A stretch of 32,000 bases of DNA from Pseudoalteromonas translucida KMM 520 (lineage in GTDB: Bacteria > Pseudomonadota > Gammaproteobacteria > Enterobacterales > Alteromonadaceae), in the NCBI RefSeq assembly GCF_001465295.1, contig NZ_CP011034.1:1800001-1832000 (forward strand), in the 5' to 3' direction. A program made the position numbers and the translations under genes. The number at the start of each line of letters is the position of its first letter. The stretch's first letter is position 1. The notes beneath the pieces were generated by a model. The model was not told the DNA's origin, searched no databases, and was given only the letters and a program-made list of their open reading frames with translations. Of this stretch, positions 1 through 8,434 are shown one piece after another.

Positions 1-1
1 T

Positions 2-1360
2 AACCCAGCAACTGGCGAAGTTGAAGCCAGCTACCCTACTGCAAATGAACAAGATATCCAACAAGCCATCACAAAAGCTGATGATGCCTACCAAGACTGG
101 CGTGACGTCTCTCTTAGCGAGCGCAGTGCACTTCTGCACAAAATTGCCGATATCTATATTGAGCGTCAAGATGAGCTGGCAAATATGATCGCTATAGAAA
201 TGGGTAAACCTGTAGCCCAAGGTAAAGGAGAGCTCGCTCTAGTCGCTGAAATCTATCGCTACTATGCAGACAATGCAGAACAGCTATTAGCATCTAACCA
301 AATCAATGTAGACGAAGGCTCAGCTTTTGTAGAGAAACTGCCAGTTGGCGCATTGTTCGGAATTATGCCGTGGAACTATCCGCATTATCAAGTAGCACGC
401 TTTGCAGCACCTAACTTTATGGCCGGCAATACAATTATTTTAAAGCATGCCCCGCAGTGTCCTAAAACGGCAGAAGTGATTGTCGAAATTCTTAAAGATG
501 CCGGTTTACCAGATGGCGTTTATAACAATGTCTTTGCTACCAATGATCAAGCTGCAACTATCATCGAAGACAGCAGAATACAAGGCATCTCATTAACAGG
601 CTCTGAGCGCGCAGGACAAGCAGTTGCTAAAATAGCAGGCGGCGCCCTTAAAAAGGTCGTTTTAGAGCTTGGCGGTTCAGATGCCTTTATCGTTGCAGCA
701 GATGCTGATATTGAGCAAGCAGTAGCAGATGCCATCACCGGCCGCTTTGGCAATACAGGACAAGCTTGTAACGCCGCTAAGCGCCTAATTGTCGTTGAAG
801 CCGTTTATGATAAGTTTGTACAAGGCTTTGCCGATGCAGTTCGAGCGATGACGTTGTCTGATCCATTAGATCAAACAACCTTTATCGGACCGATGTCCTC
901 AAAAAGCGCTGCCGTCAACCTACAAAAGCAGTTAGATGAAGCAATAAAAGCTGGTGCTACCGTTCTAATCGAAGGTGGCATTGTCAAAGACAAGCCCGGC
1001 GCTTGGTTTGCTCCAGCAGTACTTACCAATGTTGATAACACAATGGCTGTTTATAGCGAAGAACTATTTGGTCCTGTTGCTGTTATTTATAAAGCGCGTG
1101 ATGTCGCTGATGCAATCAAAATTGCCAACGATGTTCCATTTGGTCTTGGTGCGTCAATCCAGACTAAAGACTCAGAATTGGCAGCTGAGATTGCTGATCA
1201 GTTAGAAGTCGGCATGGTGACCATAAACGCGCCTTCTGGTACTGAAGCCAACACCCCATTTGGCGGTGTTAAGCGCTCAGGATTCGGTCGTGAGCTTGGT
1301 ACCCTTGGTATTACTGAATTCTTAAACTACAAATTGATTCGTAATAAAACCAGTGCATAG
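2..1360 (+). CDS. NAD(P)+-dependent succinate-semialdehyde/aldehyde dehydrogenase, 5' end outside window
   Basis: The frame is open from base 2 (NPATGEVEASYPT...), upstream of the first Met of ORF 185..1360. ALDH hallmarks are present: LELGGSD (catalytic Glu), GQACNAAKR (catalytic Cys), EELFGPV, PFGGVKRSGFGRE. A hairpin terminator follows. Confidence 0.9.
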   Translation, partial: NPATGEVEASYPTANEQDIQQAITKADDAYQDWRDVSLSERSALLHKIADIYIERQDELANMIAIEMGKPVAQGKGELALVAEIYRYYADNAEQLLASNQINVDEGSAFVEKLPVGALFGIMPWNYPHYQVARFAAPNFMAGNTIILKHAPQCPKTAEVIVEILKDAGLPDGVYNNVFATNDQAATIIEDSRIQGISLTGSERAGQAVAKIAGGALKKVVLELGGSDAFIVAADADIEQAVADAITGRFGNTGQACNAAKRLIVVEAVYDKFVQGFADAVRAMTLSDPLDQTTFIGPMSSKSAAVNLQKQLDEAIKAGATVLIEGGIVKDKPGAWFAPAVLTNVDNTMAVYSEELFGPVAVIYKARDVADAIKIANDVPFGLGASIQTKDSELAAEIADQLEVGMVTINAPSGTEANTPFGGVKRSGFGRELGTLGITEFLNYKLIRNKTSA

Positions 1361-1392
1361 ATTTAACGTTTAATACTTATCAATGAACAACA

Positions 1393-1426
1393 AAAGCCTA
1401 GCATGTCAACGCTAGGCTTTTTTTTG
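1393..1426 (+). terminator. Rho-independent terminator of the dehydrogenase gene
   Basis: AAAGCCTAGC / GCTAGGCTTT 10 bp stem with an 8 nt loop, followed by a T run. Confidence 0.8.
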
Positions 1427-1610
1427 TTCATTGACCCCCTCTGAAATAATTTTACGAACAAGGAGCTTATGAATAAACTTATCAATCTAAGAGCAAACAC
1501 ATGACTTCCAAATAATCCCCTGCCCAAACTATAAATATTCTAGAGGTTAGGCTATCTGATATCAAATTCCACAAGCTTATTTTGAGTAAGGTCGTGCAGT
1601 ATTCGAAAAT

Positions 1611-1680
1611 ATTTAGGCACTGTTAATTATTTTATGCCTATCTTTTTATGTGCCTTTTATGCCTGCCCCTTTATTTGTCC
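1611..1680 (+). repeat. Copy 1 of an intergenic repeat family (GGCACTGTTAATTATTTTATGCC..CCCTTTATTTGTC)
   Basis: Shares GGCACTGTTAATTATTTTATGCCT and a CCCTTTATTTGTC tail with the copies at 4694-4766 and 5698-5746. The internal TTATGCC-like submotif is reiterated. Confidence 0.7.
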
Positions 1681-1780
1681 TTATATAAAACTAGATAATG
1701 CTCTATTAGCTACCTAATTACCCTTTCTAAGATTTTTTCCTAGCTATTACCATGTATAATAATTTTAAAGGGAGATATAA

Positions 1781-2410
1781 ATGCACATTGGTATCATAGA
1801 AGATCATCAACTAGTAAGAGATAGCTTTAAAAAGCTACTTGAATTACAGCCAGATTGGAAAGTAATAATAGAAGCTTGCAGCGTAAATGAAGCAAAGCTT
1901 GCGGTTGAACTAGAACAACCCGATATATTTATAGTGGATATATCGCTTAACGGTAAAGAAACTGGGCTTACTTTTTTATCTTACCTTAGTGAGTATTTTC
2001 CTAACATTAAAACCATTGTTGCCTCCATGCATGACCACGAACCCTATGTGAGTAACGCTTTGCGACTTGGCGCGTTAGGTTATGTGTCGAAACGATCGGC
2101 TTCTGAAGAATTAATAGATGCGGTTAAGTCTGTAGCTTTGGGTAAGCGCTATATAAGCGAAGACGTAAACTTTGCCCTAACCACAGAAAGTAGCGCACTT
2201 ACGCTACTAACAAATCGAGAAATAGAAGCCTTACCATTATTTTCTAAGGGGCTTAATGCCAAGCAAGTAGCACAAGCATTAGGAATAATGCCTAAAACTG
2301 CTCATGTCCATAAGGCAAATATATACACTAAGCTTAACGTTACAACTTCATTCGAGCTGTTAAAAATTGCAATAAATGTAGGAGTAATACAACTAGATGA
2401 GCTTACTTAG
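1781..2410 (+). CDS. LuxR/NarL(FixJ)-family two-component response regulator
   Basis: N-terminal receiver domain (DIFIVDISL phospho-acceptor region) and C-terminal LuxR HTH (LTNREIEALPLFSKGLNAKQVAQALGIMPKTAHVHKANIYTKLNV). Overlaps the downstream kinase gene by 14 nt. Confidence 0.9.
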   Translation: MHIGIIEDHQLVRDSFKKLLELQPDWKVIIEACSVNEAKLAVELEQPDIFIVDISLNGKETGLTFLSYLSEYFPNIKTIVASMHDHEPYVSNALRLGALGYVSKRSASEELIDAVKSVALGKRYISEDVNFALTTESSALTLLTNREIEALPLFSKGLNAKQVAQALGIMPKTAHVHKANIYTKLNVTTSFELLKIAINVGVIQLDELT

Positions 2411-3998
2411 CCTATCCCCCTCGTTTAGTTTTTTTATTACCATAGCTTTTAAACAAGTAACCAAGCAGTTACTTGTCGGGCTTGTTTATTTTGTTATATT
2501 TTCTGCAACATTTTGGCTCAGTAAAAATCTAGAAACAGTCCCTGAAAGCAGCGCAATTTTTATTCCTGCGGGTATTAAAATTGCCTTCTTTTTACTTTTA
2601 CCTACAAAGTATTGGCTAACTTTATGGGTAACATCTCGTCTTCTCGCTGCCTTTATAGGTGCTTTTAATAATGAAGTTTTAGCTCTTACACAGTGGGATT
2701 TTAACTTATTTCATGGTTTTTGGCAGGAGTTTTGCTTTGTTGCGCTTATTTATATTTTAAAAAACAGCCGTTGGCCGCCCAGCATTAACGATAGCCAAGG
2801 TATACTTTCGTTAATACTACTGGCTGTTGCTAGTACATCTATTAAATGGTTTTTATTTGCTAGTGCGTTTGAATTTACCAATATACTGGTTGCTACAGAA
2901 TTATTACAGTACCAGTTAAATATGTGCCTTGGGGATATTACCGGCACACTATTAGTCACTCCGCTAATGATGCTAATTTTTAGCGTGAGGCATAAATTAA
3001 ATAAATCACTATTACTAAAAATGATGCATTTAGGGGCTGCTTTATTGTGCCTTTTATTAATTGTAAGTTTTGTATATGCACTACGGCCCGACACCTACCC
3101 GCTACTAAGGCTAGCCTCGTTATTACCCATTATTTGGTTTTCGTATAGGTTTGGCTCTTTGGGCGCTGTAACCAGTGCCACGTTAATTAATAGCTTAATT
3201 ATACTCGAGGCAAGCTTTACTCATGCCCCTGAAAACACTTATATAAGCCAATTATTCATTTTAGCAAATGCAATTACCAGTATGGTTTTAGGCGCTGCAA
3301 TTACTGAACTAAAACGTAAAAATAATGAGTTATATAAAACGAACCAAGAACTCAGAAAGCAGTTAACTAAAAACACACACCTTGCTGCTAAAATGGTTAG
3401 CGTACAAGAAAATGAGCGAAAACATCTTTCTCAAGAGTTACACGACGAGTTGGGTCAAAATCTCACGGCTTTAAAAACTGACTTATCTATTTTGTCTCAC
3501 ATGAGTAATAAAGATACTCAGTCGTTTGTTAAAAGCTTAAAAACGAATGCCAATACCATGTACGATTCGGTATACCAATTAATGCATTACCTTCGCCCAC
3601 GCGAATTAGACGAACTTGGCTTAAATAAGGCAATAACAGCCGGGCGACTAAAAAGTTTACTGCAGAAGGCAAAAATTAATTTTCAGGCCGACTTTAAAAC
3701 TCATAAAGGCCTGTCAAAAGATCATGAAATAGCTATTTATCGAATATGCCAAGAAGCAGTAACTAACTGTGTTAAGCATAGTAATGCCAGCAAAATGCAT
3801 ATAGAACTCGTAACCGATAATAATTTTATTACACTGACCATTAGTGATAATGGCAGTTTAGCAACACCTGCTAACAACTCGGGTAATTATGGTTTAGCTT
3901 TTATTGAAGAGCGCGCAATGGCATTGGGCGGAACTTTTGAAGTGTGTGTAAAAAATGGCTTTACCATTAAGGTAAAGCTTCCTTTTTACTTTGATTAG
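2397..3998 (+). CDS. Sensor histidine kinase, HisKA_3/HATPase_c (NarX/UhpB class) with a large polytopic N-terminal membrane domain (MASE1-like)
   Basis: About 300 aa of repeated hydrophobic helices, then a coiled coil. H-box ERKHLSQELHDELGQNLTAL, N-box QEAVTNCVKHSNAS, G-boxes SDNG / GNYGLAFIEERA. Confidence 0.85.
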   Translation: MSLLSLSPSFSFFITIAFKQVTKQLLVGLVYFVIFSATFWLSKNLETVPESSAIFIPAGIKIAFFLLLPTKYWLTLWVTSRLLAAFIGAFNNEVLALTQWDFNLFHGFWQEFCFVALIYILKNSRWPPSINDSQGILSLILLAVASTSIKWFLFASAFEFTNILVATELLQYQLNMCLGDITGTLLVTPLMMLIFSVRHKLNKSLLLKMMHLGAALLCLLLIVSFVYALRPDTYPLLRLASLLPIIWFSYRFGSLGAVTSATLINSLIILEASFTHAPENTYISQLFILANAITSMVLGAAITELKRKNNELYKTNQELRKQLTKNTHLAAKMVSVQENERKHLSQELHDELGQNLTALKTDLSILSHMSNKDTQSFVKSLKTNANTMYDSVYQLMHYLRPRELDELGLNKAITAGRLKSLLQKAKINFQADFKTHKGLSKDHEIAIYRICQEAVTNCVKHSNASKMHIELVTDNNFITLTISDNGSLATPANNSGNYGLAFIEERAMALGGTFEVCVKNGFTIKVKLPFYFD

Positions 3999-4042
3999 TT
4001 AGTACATTGCTTAGTTAATATATTGCTTAATTAGTAAATTGC
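3995..4042. repeat. Three tandem 16 bp repeats (TTARTTARTANATTGC) filling the gap between two convergent genes
   Basis: ttagttagtacattgc / ttagttaatatattgc / ttaattagtaaattgc, then a partial ttagc. The array overlaps the stop codons of both convergent ORFs. Confidence 0.7.
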
Positions 4043-4585
4043 TTAGCAAATAAAAACTTGTTTAGTATAAAACTTTTGCCTTAATTGGCCTGCTTCTATA
4101 TGTTCGGGATTAACTTGTATTTCAGCTTGGTTACCTATTAGCTGCAGTAGCATACCTTGTGCTATTTGGCTGTTGCCAAGCCTTGACTTTACCACCACCT
4201 GCTTGCCTATAGCACCTTGTAATCGTGGCTTTGGCAAACTAGGTTTGCTAATTGGTTTTAACCCTTCCGACTTTGCAAATAAGTTTACGCAGTGCTGCTT
4301 AGCCGCAACTATCAAATCGTCTTTACCTTTAACCACGTCAACATTATTTAATAAATGGATAAATGCTTGATTAGCTCTATCAAACTCGGTACACACATCA
4401 GTTAAGCCCCGTATAGCTGCCCATTTACGAATGACTATGTATTTACCCTTTTTAATACGCGCTAAACTAATTGAGGCACCTGTCATTTTGCTATACCACT
4501 CAATACGATAGCAAAATGAGCCTAGGCTATGTAAAAACACCGTTATATTGCCAAATTCCTTTGTGCTTGCTTCAATTAAACTCAT
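4043..4585 (-). CDS. Hypothetical protein, 180 aa, no recognisable domain
   Basis: Long uninterrupted ORF with no signal peptide or TM helix. I recognise no motif. Confidence 0.5.
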   Translation of the reverse strand: MSLIEASTKEFGNITVFLHSLGSFCYRIEWYSKMTGASISLARIKKGKYIVIRKWAAIRGLTDVCTEFDRANQAFIHLLNNVDVVKGKDDLIVAAKQHCVNLFAKSEGLKPISKPSLPKPRLQGAIGKQVVVKSRLGNSQIAQGMLLQLIGNQAEIQVNPEHIEAGQLRQKFYTKQVFIC

Positions 4586-4693
4586 TTTACTTCCCTAACG
4601 TCCTAGTTAAATTGAGTTTATTAGCAAATAGCCTGGTATAAAATCATCCATATTCCTAATCCGCCTAGGAAAATGGCTTAGAAAATACAAGTG

Positions 4694-4766
4694 GATTAAT
4701 TTACGGCACTGTTAATTATTTTATGCCTGTCCCTTTATTTGTCTTGCCTGTCCCTTTATTTGTCTT
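4694..4766 (+). repeat. Copy 2 of the intergenic repeat family, with a perfect 21 bp tandem duplication
   Basis: GATTAATTTACGGCACTGTTAATTATTTTATGCC, followed by tgcctgtccctttatttgtct twice (4724-4744 and 4745-4765). Confidence 0.75.
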
Positions 4767-4816
4767 AAACAACATAATTGTTAGAATGCCCACCTATTTT
4801 CCCATCAAGAGACACA

Positions 4817-5533
4817 ATGGCAAACTTCAATACTCATCTTAATACTGCGCTAATCATCACAGGCTTAGCCTCAGCCACCTTATTATCTGCAGGACATATT
4901 GATTTAAAAGGCGCGCTTTGGTTATGGTTTTTAGGCTCAATCGGCGGTTTATTACCAGACATAGATTCAGATAACTCCACATCACTCGACACTATTTTTA
5001 ATTTATTTGCACTAAGCGCTGTATTACTGGTACTGCATTACATAACCACTGAGCTAATTATTAAAATTAGTTTTATCGAGTTAATTGTAGTGCCCTTATT
5101 AGTTTACGGGTTTATGAAATATATTATTAGACCACTTTTTGAATGGATCACAGTACATAGAGGCAGTTGCCACTCTTTACTATTTATACTGCTATGCGCG
5201 CTATTAACAACACAAGTAACATGGGAACTAAATGATCAATCAACCACACAAGCAGCCACCTTTGCCTGGTTAACGGGTGGGTTTATTTTACTAGGAGGAT
5301 TAATTCATTTATTGCTGGACGAAATTTACAGCGTAGATTTAAGTAATGTAACAATTAAACGCTCTTTCGGAACCGCTCTAAAAATAGCTGACTTCGATAA
5401 TAAATTAATTACGTTGGCGTCGGTTATTGCCATTGCAGGTTTAATTTATGTTGCCCCTCCTACAAAACAAACTATTACAGCGTTAAGTGATTGGTCTCAT
5501 TTTAGATTTCAATCTTTACAAATCAGATTTTAA
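4817..5533 (+). CDS. Membrane-bound metal-dependent hydrolase family protein (YdjM/DUF457-like)
   Basis: MANFNTHLNTALI.. with the LPDIDS motif and multiple TM helices. ATG at 4817 is preferred over the TTG at 4778 used by the ORF track. Confidence 0.6.
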   Translation: MANFNTHLNTALIITGLASATLLSAGHIDLKGALWLWFLGSIGGLLPDIDSDNSTSLDTIFNLFALSAVLLVLHYITTELIIKISFIELIVVPLLVYGFMKYIIRPLFEWITVHRGSCHSLLFILLCALLTTQVTWELNDQSTTQAATFAWLTGGFILLGGLIHLLLDEIYSVDLSNVTIKRSFGTALKIADFDNKLITLASVIAIAGLIYVAPPTKQTITALSDWSHFRFQSLQIRF

Positions 5534-5582
5534 GCCCTAAATACGCATAATGATACGCATAGTGAAATCAAGTGAATAACAT

Positions 5583-5626
5583 TGACACCCACCCTAGTTT
5601 TTTCAAAGTGATCAGCGTGGGTGTCA
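5583..5626 (+). terminator. Large hairpin downstream of the DUF457-like gene (possible terminator)
   Basis: TGACACCCAC ... GTGGGTGTCA 10 bp perfect stem, about 24 nt loop, T-rich tail. The loop is long for a classical terminator. Confidence 0.3.
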
Positions 5627-5697
5627 TCATGATTTTATTCTTTGTGTTTGTTTCAATTAAACTCATTCCACCTCGGAAAATAGTTTATAAAATACCA

Positions 5698-5746
5698 GGA
5701 TTTAATTTACGGCACTGTTGCTTATTTTATGCCTGTCCTTTTATTT
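5698..5746 (+). repeat. Copy 3 of the intergenic repeat family, truncated where it abuts an IS fragment
   Basis: GATTTAATTTACGGCACTGTTGCTTATTTTATGCCTGTCCTTTTATTTT, then an abrupt switch into IS110-derived sequence at 5747. Confidence 0.7.
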
Positions 5747-5923
5747 TCATCAGATCATTAGCATTTAAGTGGATAAGAATACTATTTAGGTGCTGGAAAA
5801 CACATACGCCCTACGATGAATCAACTTACTTAATCGCATTGAAAAGTAAGGGATCACCGCTGTTAAAATTTGCGGTGGAAAGTGAGCTTTAGTGCTTGCT
5901 GTCCACCTCAGGGCGTGTTGTTA
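5747..5923 (+). pseudogene. Remnant of an IS110-family element: last 146 nt of the transposase gene plus the right end
   Basis: 177 bp identical to 13885-14061 except one synonymous difference (g5886 vs a14024). Encodes ..IRSLAFKWIRILFRCWKTHTPYDESTYLIALKSKGSPLLKFAVESEL. ORF 5572..5892 is a chimera of this fragment with unrelated sequence. Confidence 0.9.
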
Positions 5924-5930
5924 TGTGCAT

Positions 5931-8279
5931 TTACAGTTCGTCATATACAATATTAATGACTTGTTCAGCTAGTGCTCTTGTGTTTTCAAGCGCGTCATCG
6001 CCAATTTCGTGCATAGGTGTGTTTAAAGTATCTCGAATCGCACTCAAGCGAGCTTCAAGTTCAGCAGTGATATAGCCGTTGTCCCTTAAAGCAGCAGTGC
6101 AAACTGACAGGTCTGATTTCGCTTCACCAAGATCAATGAGCTGTTTCTTAAAACGATGACGAATTTCTCCCTCAAAGAAAGGTCGCAAGGTTGTGAGAAT
6201 GTCGTTATTAGTTTCACGATTAACAAAAGCTTTAATTCTGTCAAAAGCAACATCATGCTCTGTAGCCATCATGTCATCAATTTCAACGGCTTCTATCGAG
6301 CAAGTTTCAGCACCATGAACTAATTTTACCGATTTAGCGCACCGCCTGAATTTCTTCACAGCTTTTGCTGCCATTCCTTTATAGTGAGTCGTTAGTACAA
6401 TTTGTTTAATAGTCCGTTGCAGCTCATCCAGTTTATTGAGAATCAGTGCTATTCGCTCATTGTCAAAACTAGTAACAGGATCATCTAGCACTAAAATAGC
6501 CTTAGCTTTCTCCTCTGCTGGAAGAGACATCACCTTAGCTAAAAATATACAAAGTGCTAGCGCTCTGCGGTCTGACTCACTAAATACTGTATTAATTTTA
6601 TCAGCAGAAATGTCCTCACCTTTAAACTTAACACGAAGGTCATAGATAACTTGTCTGCCGCGATTATTAGGTACTTTGATAATCTCAAAGTTACTTGAGC
6701 CAAGCTGACGAAACAGTCCATTTATCAAATCAAAGTAAGTATCTAAATACGCTGTTTGTGATTGTTCGAGCTGCTGCTTTTGTGCTTTATAAGTAGTATC
6801 TATCCCATTAACAGTTGCTAGCTTCTGCCTGTACTGAACACAAAGTGGCTCTAATGCTATCCGCTTTAGCGCCAAATTAGCTTGTGTTTGTTGTTGTGTG
6901 ATTTCTGTCAATTGATGATTCAGATCCACTTCATTAAGTGAGCCTTTATAAGCATTGAAGATAGCGTTAATTTGCTCTGCGACTACCCAATAGTCATAGA
7001 TAGCTTGATTATACGTTGTTGCTGCTGTATTCAGTACATCGAAGGAAACGAGTTGAGCAGGTTCGTAGGGCGTAGTAAACTTTTGCTCTAATCTCGGTAT
7101 CCAGAATTCCGTTGCTTGCTGGCTATTTGCAATAACGGCATCAAAAGAAGCGAGAATAACCTCATGCTTTTGTTCCAATGAAGCAGTTAAAGGCGCTAGA
7201 GCTTGATTGGTTATAATTTGAGGCTCCACATACAGCTCAAACACTTGTTTATTGGCTTGGTGTAGCTGAATAAGGTTTTCACGAGTATTTGGAATACTAA
7301 ATGGCTGACGAAGGCCATTTAAAGTTTGTCTTGTTTCTTTGTTAAATCTATCAAACTCAGCATTAAAAGCTTGCTGGTACGCAGCGATTAGGCCTTGAGC
7401 ATCAGCACTTAAAGCCTGCCCACAGAAAGGACAATCATCTTTTATTTGTGCGATACCTTGGCTAGCCCAACCTTTAAAAGTAGCTGAGTTGTTCACATGA
7501 TTGCTCATGTGATTTTGCAGTGACACCAATGAATCTTGATGAACATTTTGAAGGCTAGATGCTAGTACAGCATTAATTGAATCAATTGCTTGGGCAAAGT
7601 TGACCTGTGCACCAACCGCACTTAGAACATTACGATGTTTGATTTTTTCAATATTCTGAATGGTAGTTGTGACTTGCAGTTTTGATGCTTCATGTGCCGC
7701 CACGTTAGTTTCTAACTGTTCTTTAGTCTCTGAAGGCAAAGCAGAGTTAACATACGCAGGAACACTACCCACAGCGTGAGTTGTAAATTGCCCTTCAATA
7801 CCAGAAAGAAGTCTTTTTTCATCACGAAGATTGTTATTCATCTCAGCTAAAGCCGCAAACAAGGCGGTGTTACTCTCACCAAGAATAAAACTAGTCATGT
7901 TTTCAGAGTTTGGCCGCTCTTGCTTCTGACCAGTGATTACATTTCTATGTATAAAGCTTTGGTCAAAAACATACAAACCTGAACAATCAGGAGTTTTTAC
8001 TTGCCACTGGCCGTTTTCGAATTTAGATGTAACATTACCTGTCGCAGTACCGAACATGAATTCAACTTTAGGTGGTTTAGTTGGGTCATTTGGTATGCTT
8101 TTTCGGTGCATTATAAAATCAGGAGCATCTTCTGCTAGTGAATGAATAATATCACAGAGGGTACTCTTACCATTTCTGTTCTCACCATATATAACGGTCA
8201 CATCACCAAGATCTATTCCACCTGCAACGGTTTTGGTGAAATTTCCAATACCTTGTATTAGCTTTATTTTTTTTAACAT
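5931..8279 (-). CDS. rloC: RloC/PrrC-like ABC-type ATPase (AAA_13 family) with coiled-coil zinc hook and C-terminal putative anticodon-nuclease region
   Basis: Walker A GENRNGKST. Long Q/L-rich coiled-coil insert containing CPFCGQ (CxxC, nt 7422-7433). Signature-like FSESDRRAL, Walker B ILVLDDPVTSFD, H-loop LTTHY. C-terminal LRPFFEGEIRHRF ... LNTPMHE resembles the R-x3-E...H arrangement of PrrC/RloC ACNase domains. Confidence 0.6.
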   Translation of the reverse strand: MLKKIKLIQGIGNFTKTVAGGIDLGDVTVIYGENRNGKSTLCDIIHSLAEDAPDFIMHRKSIPNDPTKPPKVEFMFGTATGNVTSKFENGQWQVKTPDCSGLYVFDQSFIHRNVITGQKQERPNSENMTSFILGESNTALFAALAEMNNNLRDEKRLLSGIEGQFTTHAVGSVPAYVNSALPSETKEQLETNVAAHEASKLQVTTTIQNIEKIKHRNVLSAVGAQVNFAQAIDSINAVLASSLQNVHQDSLVSLQNHMSNHVNNSATFKGWASQGIAQIKDDCPFCGQALSADAQGLIAAYQQAFNAEFDRFNKETRQTLNGLRQPFSIPNTRENLIQLHQANKQVFELYVEPQIITNQALAPLTASLEQKHEVILASFDAVIANSQQATEFWIPRLEQKFTTPYEPAQLVSFDVLNTAATTYNQAIYDYWVVAEQINAIFNAYKGSLNEVDLNHQLTEITQQQTQANLALKRIALEPLCVQYRQKLATVNGIDTTYKAQKQQLEQSQTAYLDTYFDLINGLFRQLGSSNFEIIKVPNNRGRQVIYDLRVKFKGEDISADKINTVFSESDRRALALCIFLAKVMSLPAEEKAKAILVLDDPVTSFDNERIALILNKLDELQRTIKQIVLTTHYKGMAAKAVKKFRRCAKSVKLVHGAETCSIEAVEIDDMMATEHDVAFDRIKAFVNRETNNDILTTLRPFFEGEIRHRFKKQLIDLGEAKSDLSVCTAALRDNGYITAELEARLSAIRDTLNTPMHEIGDDALENTRALAEQVINIVYDEL

Positions 8280-8380
8280 CTAACACTTATCCTTAAGCCA
8301 TCAATGTAAACTTATTGATAGATAGACCAGTTAATTTATTTTAATCTGACCGAATTTACTGTGAGCGCGAAGTAGCGAAA

Positions 8381-8432
8381 GCACATAACGCCGCGTTCAC
8401 CGGCTTGTCCGGTGCAACGCTTTGTTAGGGGC
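8381..8432 (-). other. attC recombination site (short type) ending the Thoeris cassette
   Basis: Minus strand reads GCCCCTAAC-AAA-GCGTTGCACCGG-ACAAG-CCGGTGAACGC-GGC-GTTATGTGC. TAAC/GTTA cores flank an 11-12 bp stem with one extra base in the 5' arm, and there is no T tract. The inverse core GCCCCTAAC is complementary to the cassette start GTTAGGGGG at 9883-9891. Confidence 0.6.
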
Positions 8433-8434
8433 AT

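Noticed and set aside
547-1205. ORFs 547..753(-) and 975..1205(+) inside the dehydrogenase gene. The same applies to antisense or out-of-frame ORFs nested in other long genes: 2750..3094, 4173..4370, 6436..6645, 7933..8145, 8495..9110, 11271..12009, 15258..15488, 17400..18337, 19202..19861, 21867..22266, 22556..23509, 23879..24208, 25977..27011, 27488..28087, 30765..31257.
   Set aside because: Each lies entirely within a longer ORF that has clear family motifs. Their products are low-complexity or compositionally odd and carry no motifs or RBS. They are typical shadow ORFs.
4701-4766. CRISPR array or sigma-54 promoter in the GGCAC-containing repeats.
   Set aside because: The 21 bp units are directly adjacent with no spacers, and only two copies exist. 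The GG..GC spacing does not fit the -24/-12 sigma-54 consensus (TGGCAC-N5-TTGC) in any of the three copies.
5572-5892. 106 aa ORF ending in a transposase-like C-terminus.
   Set aside because: It is a chimera. The last 48 codons are the 3' end of the IS110 transposase gene, and the rest reads through an intergenic hairpin and the repeat family. It is a junction artefact, not a gene.
8381-8432. Could the short stem-loop after thsA be just a Rho-independent terminator?
   Set aside because: No T tract follows on either strand. The stem is flanked by TAAC and GTTA cores whose outer bases match the boundaries of the neighbouring units. I kept it as attC, but with only moderate confidence because it is at the short end of the attC size range.
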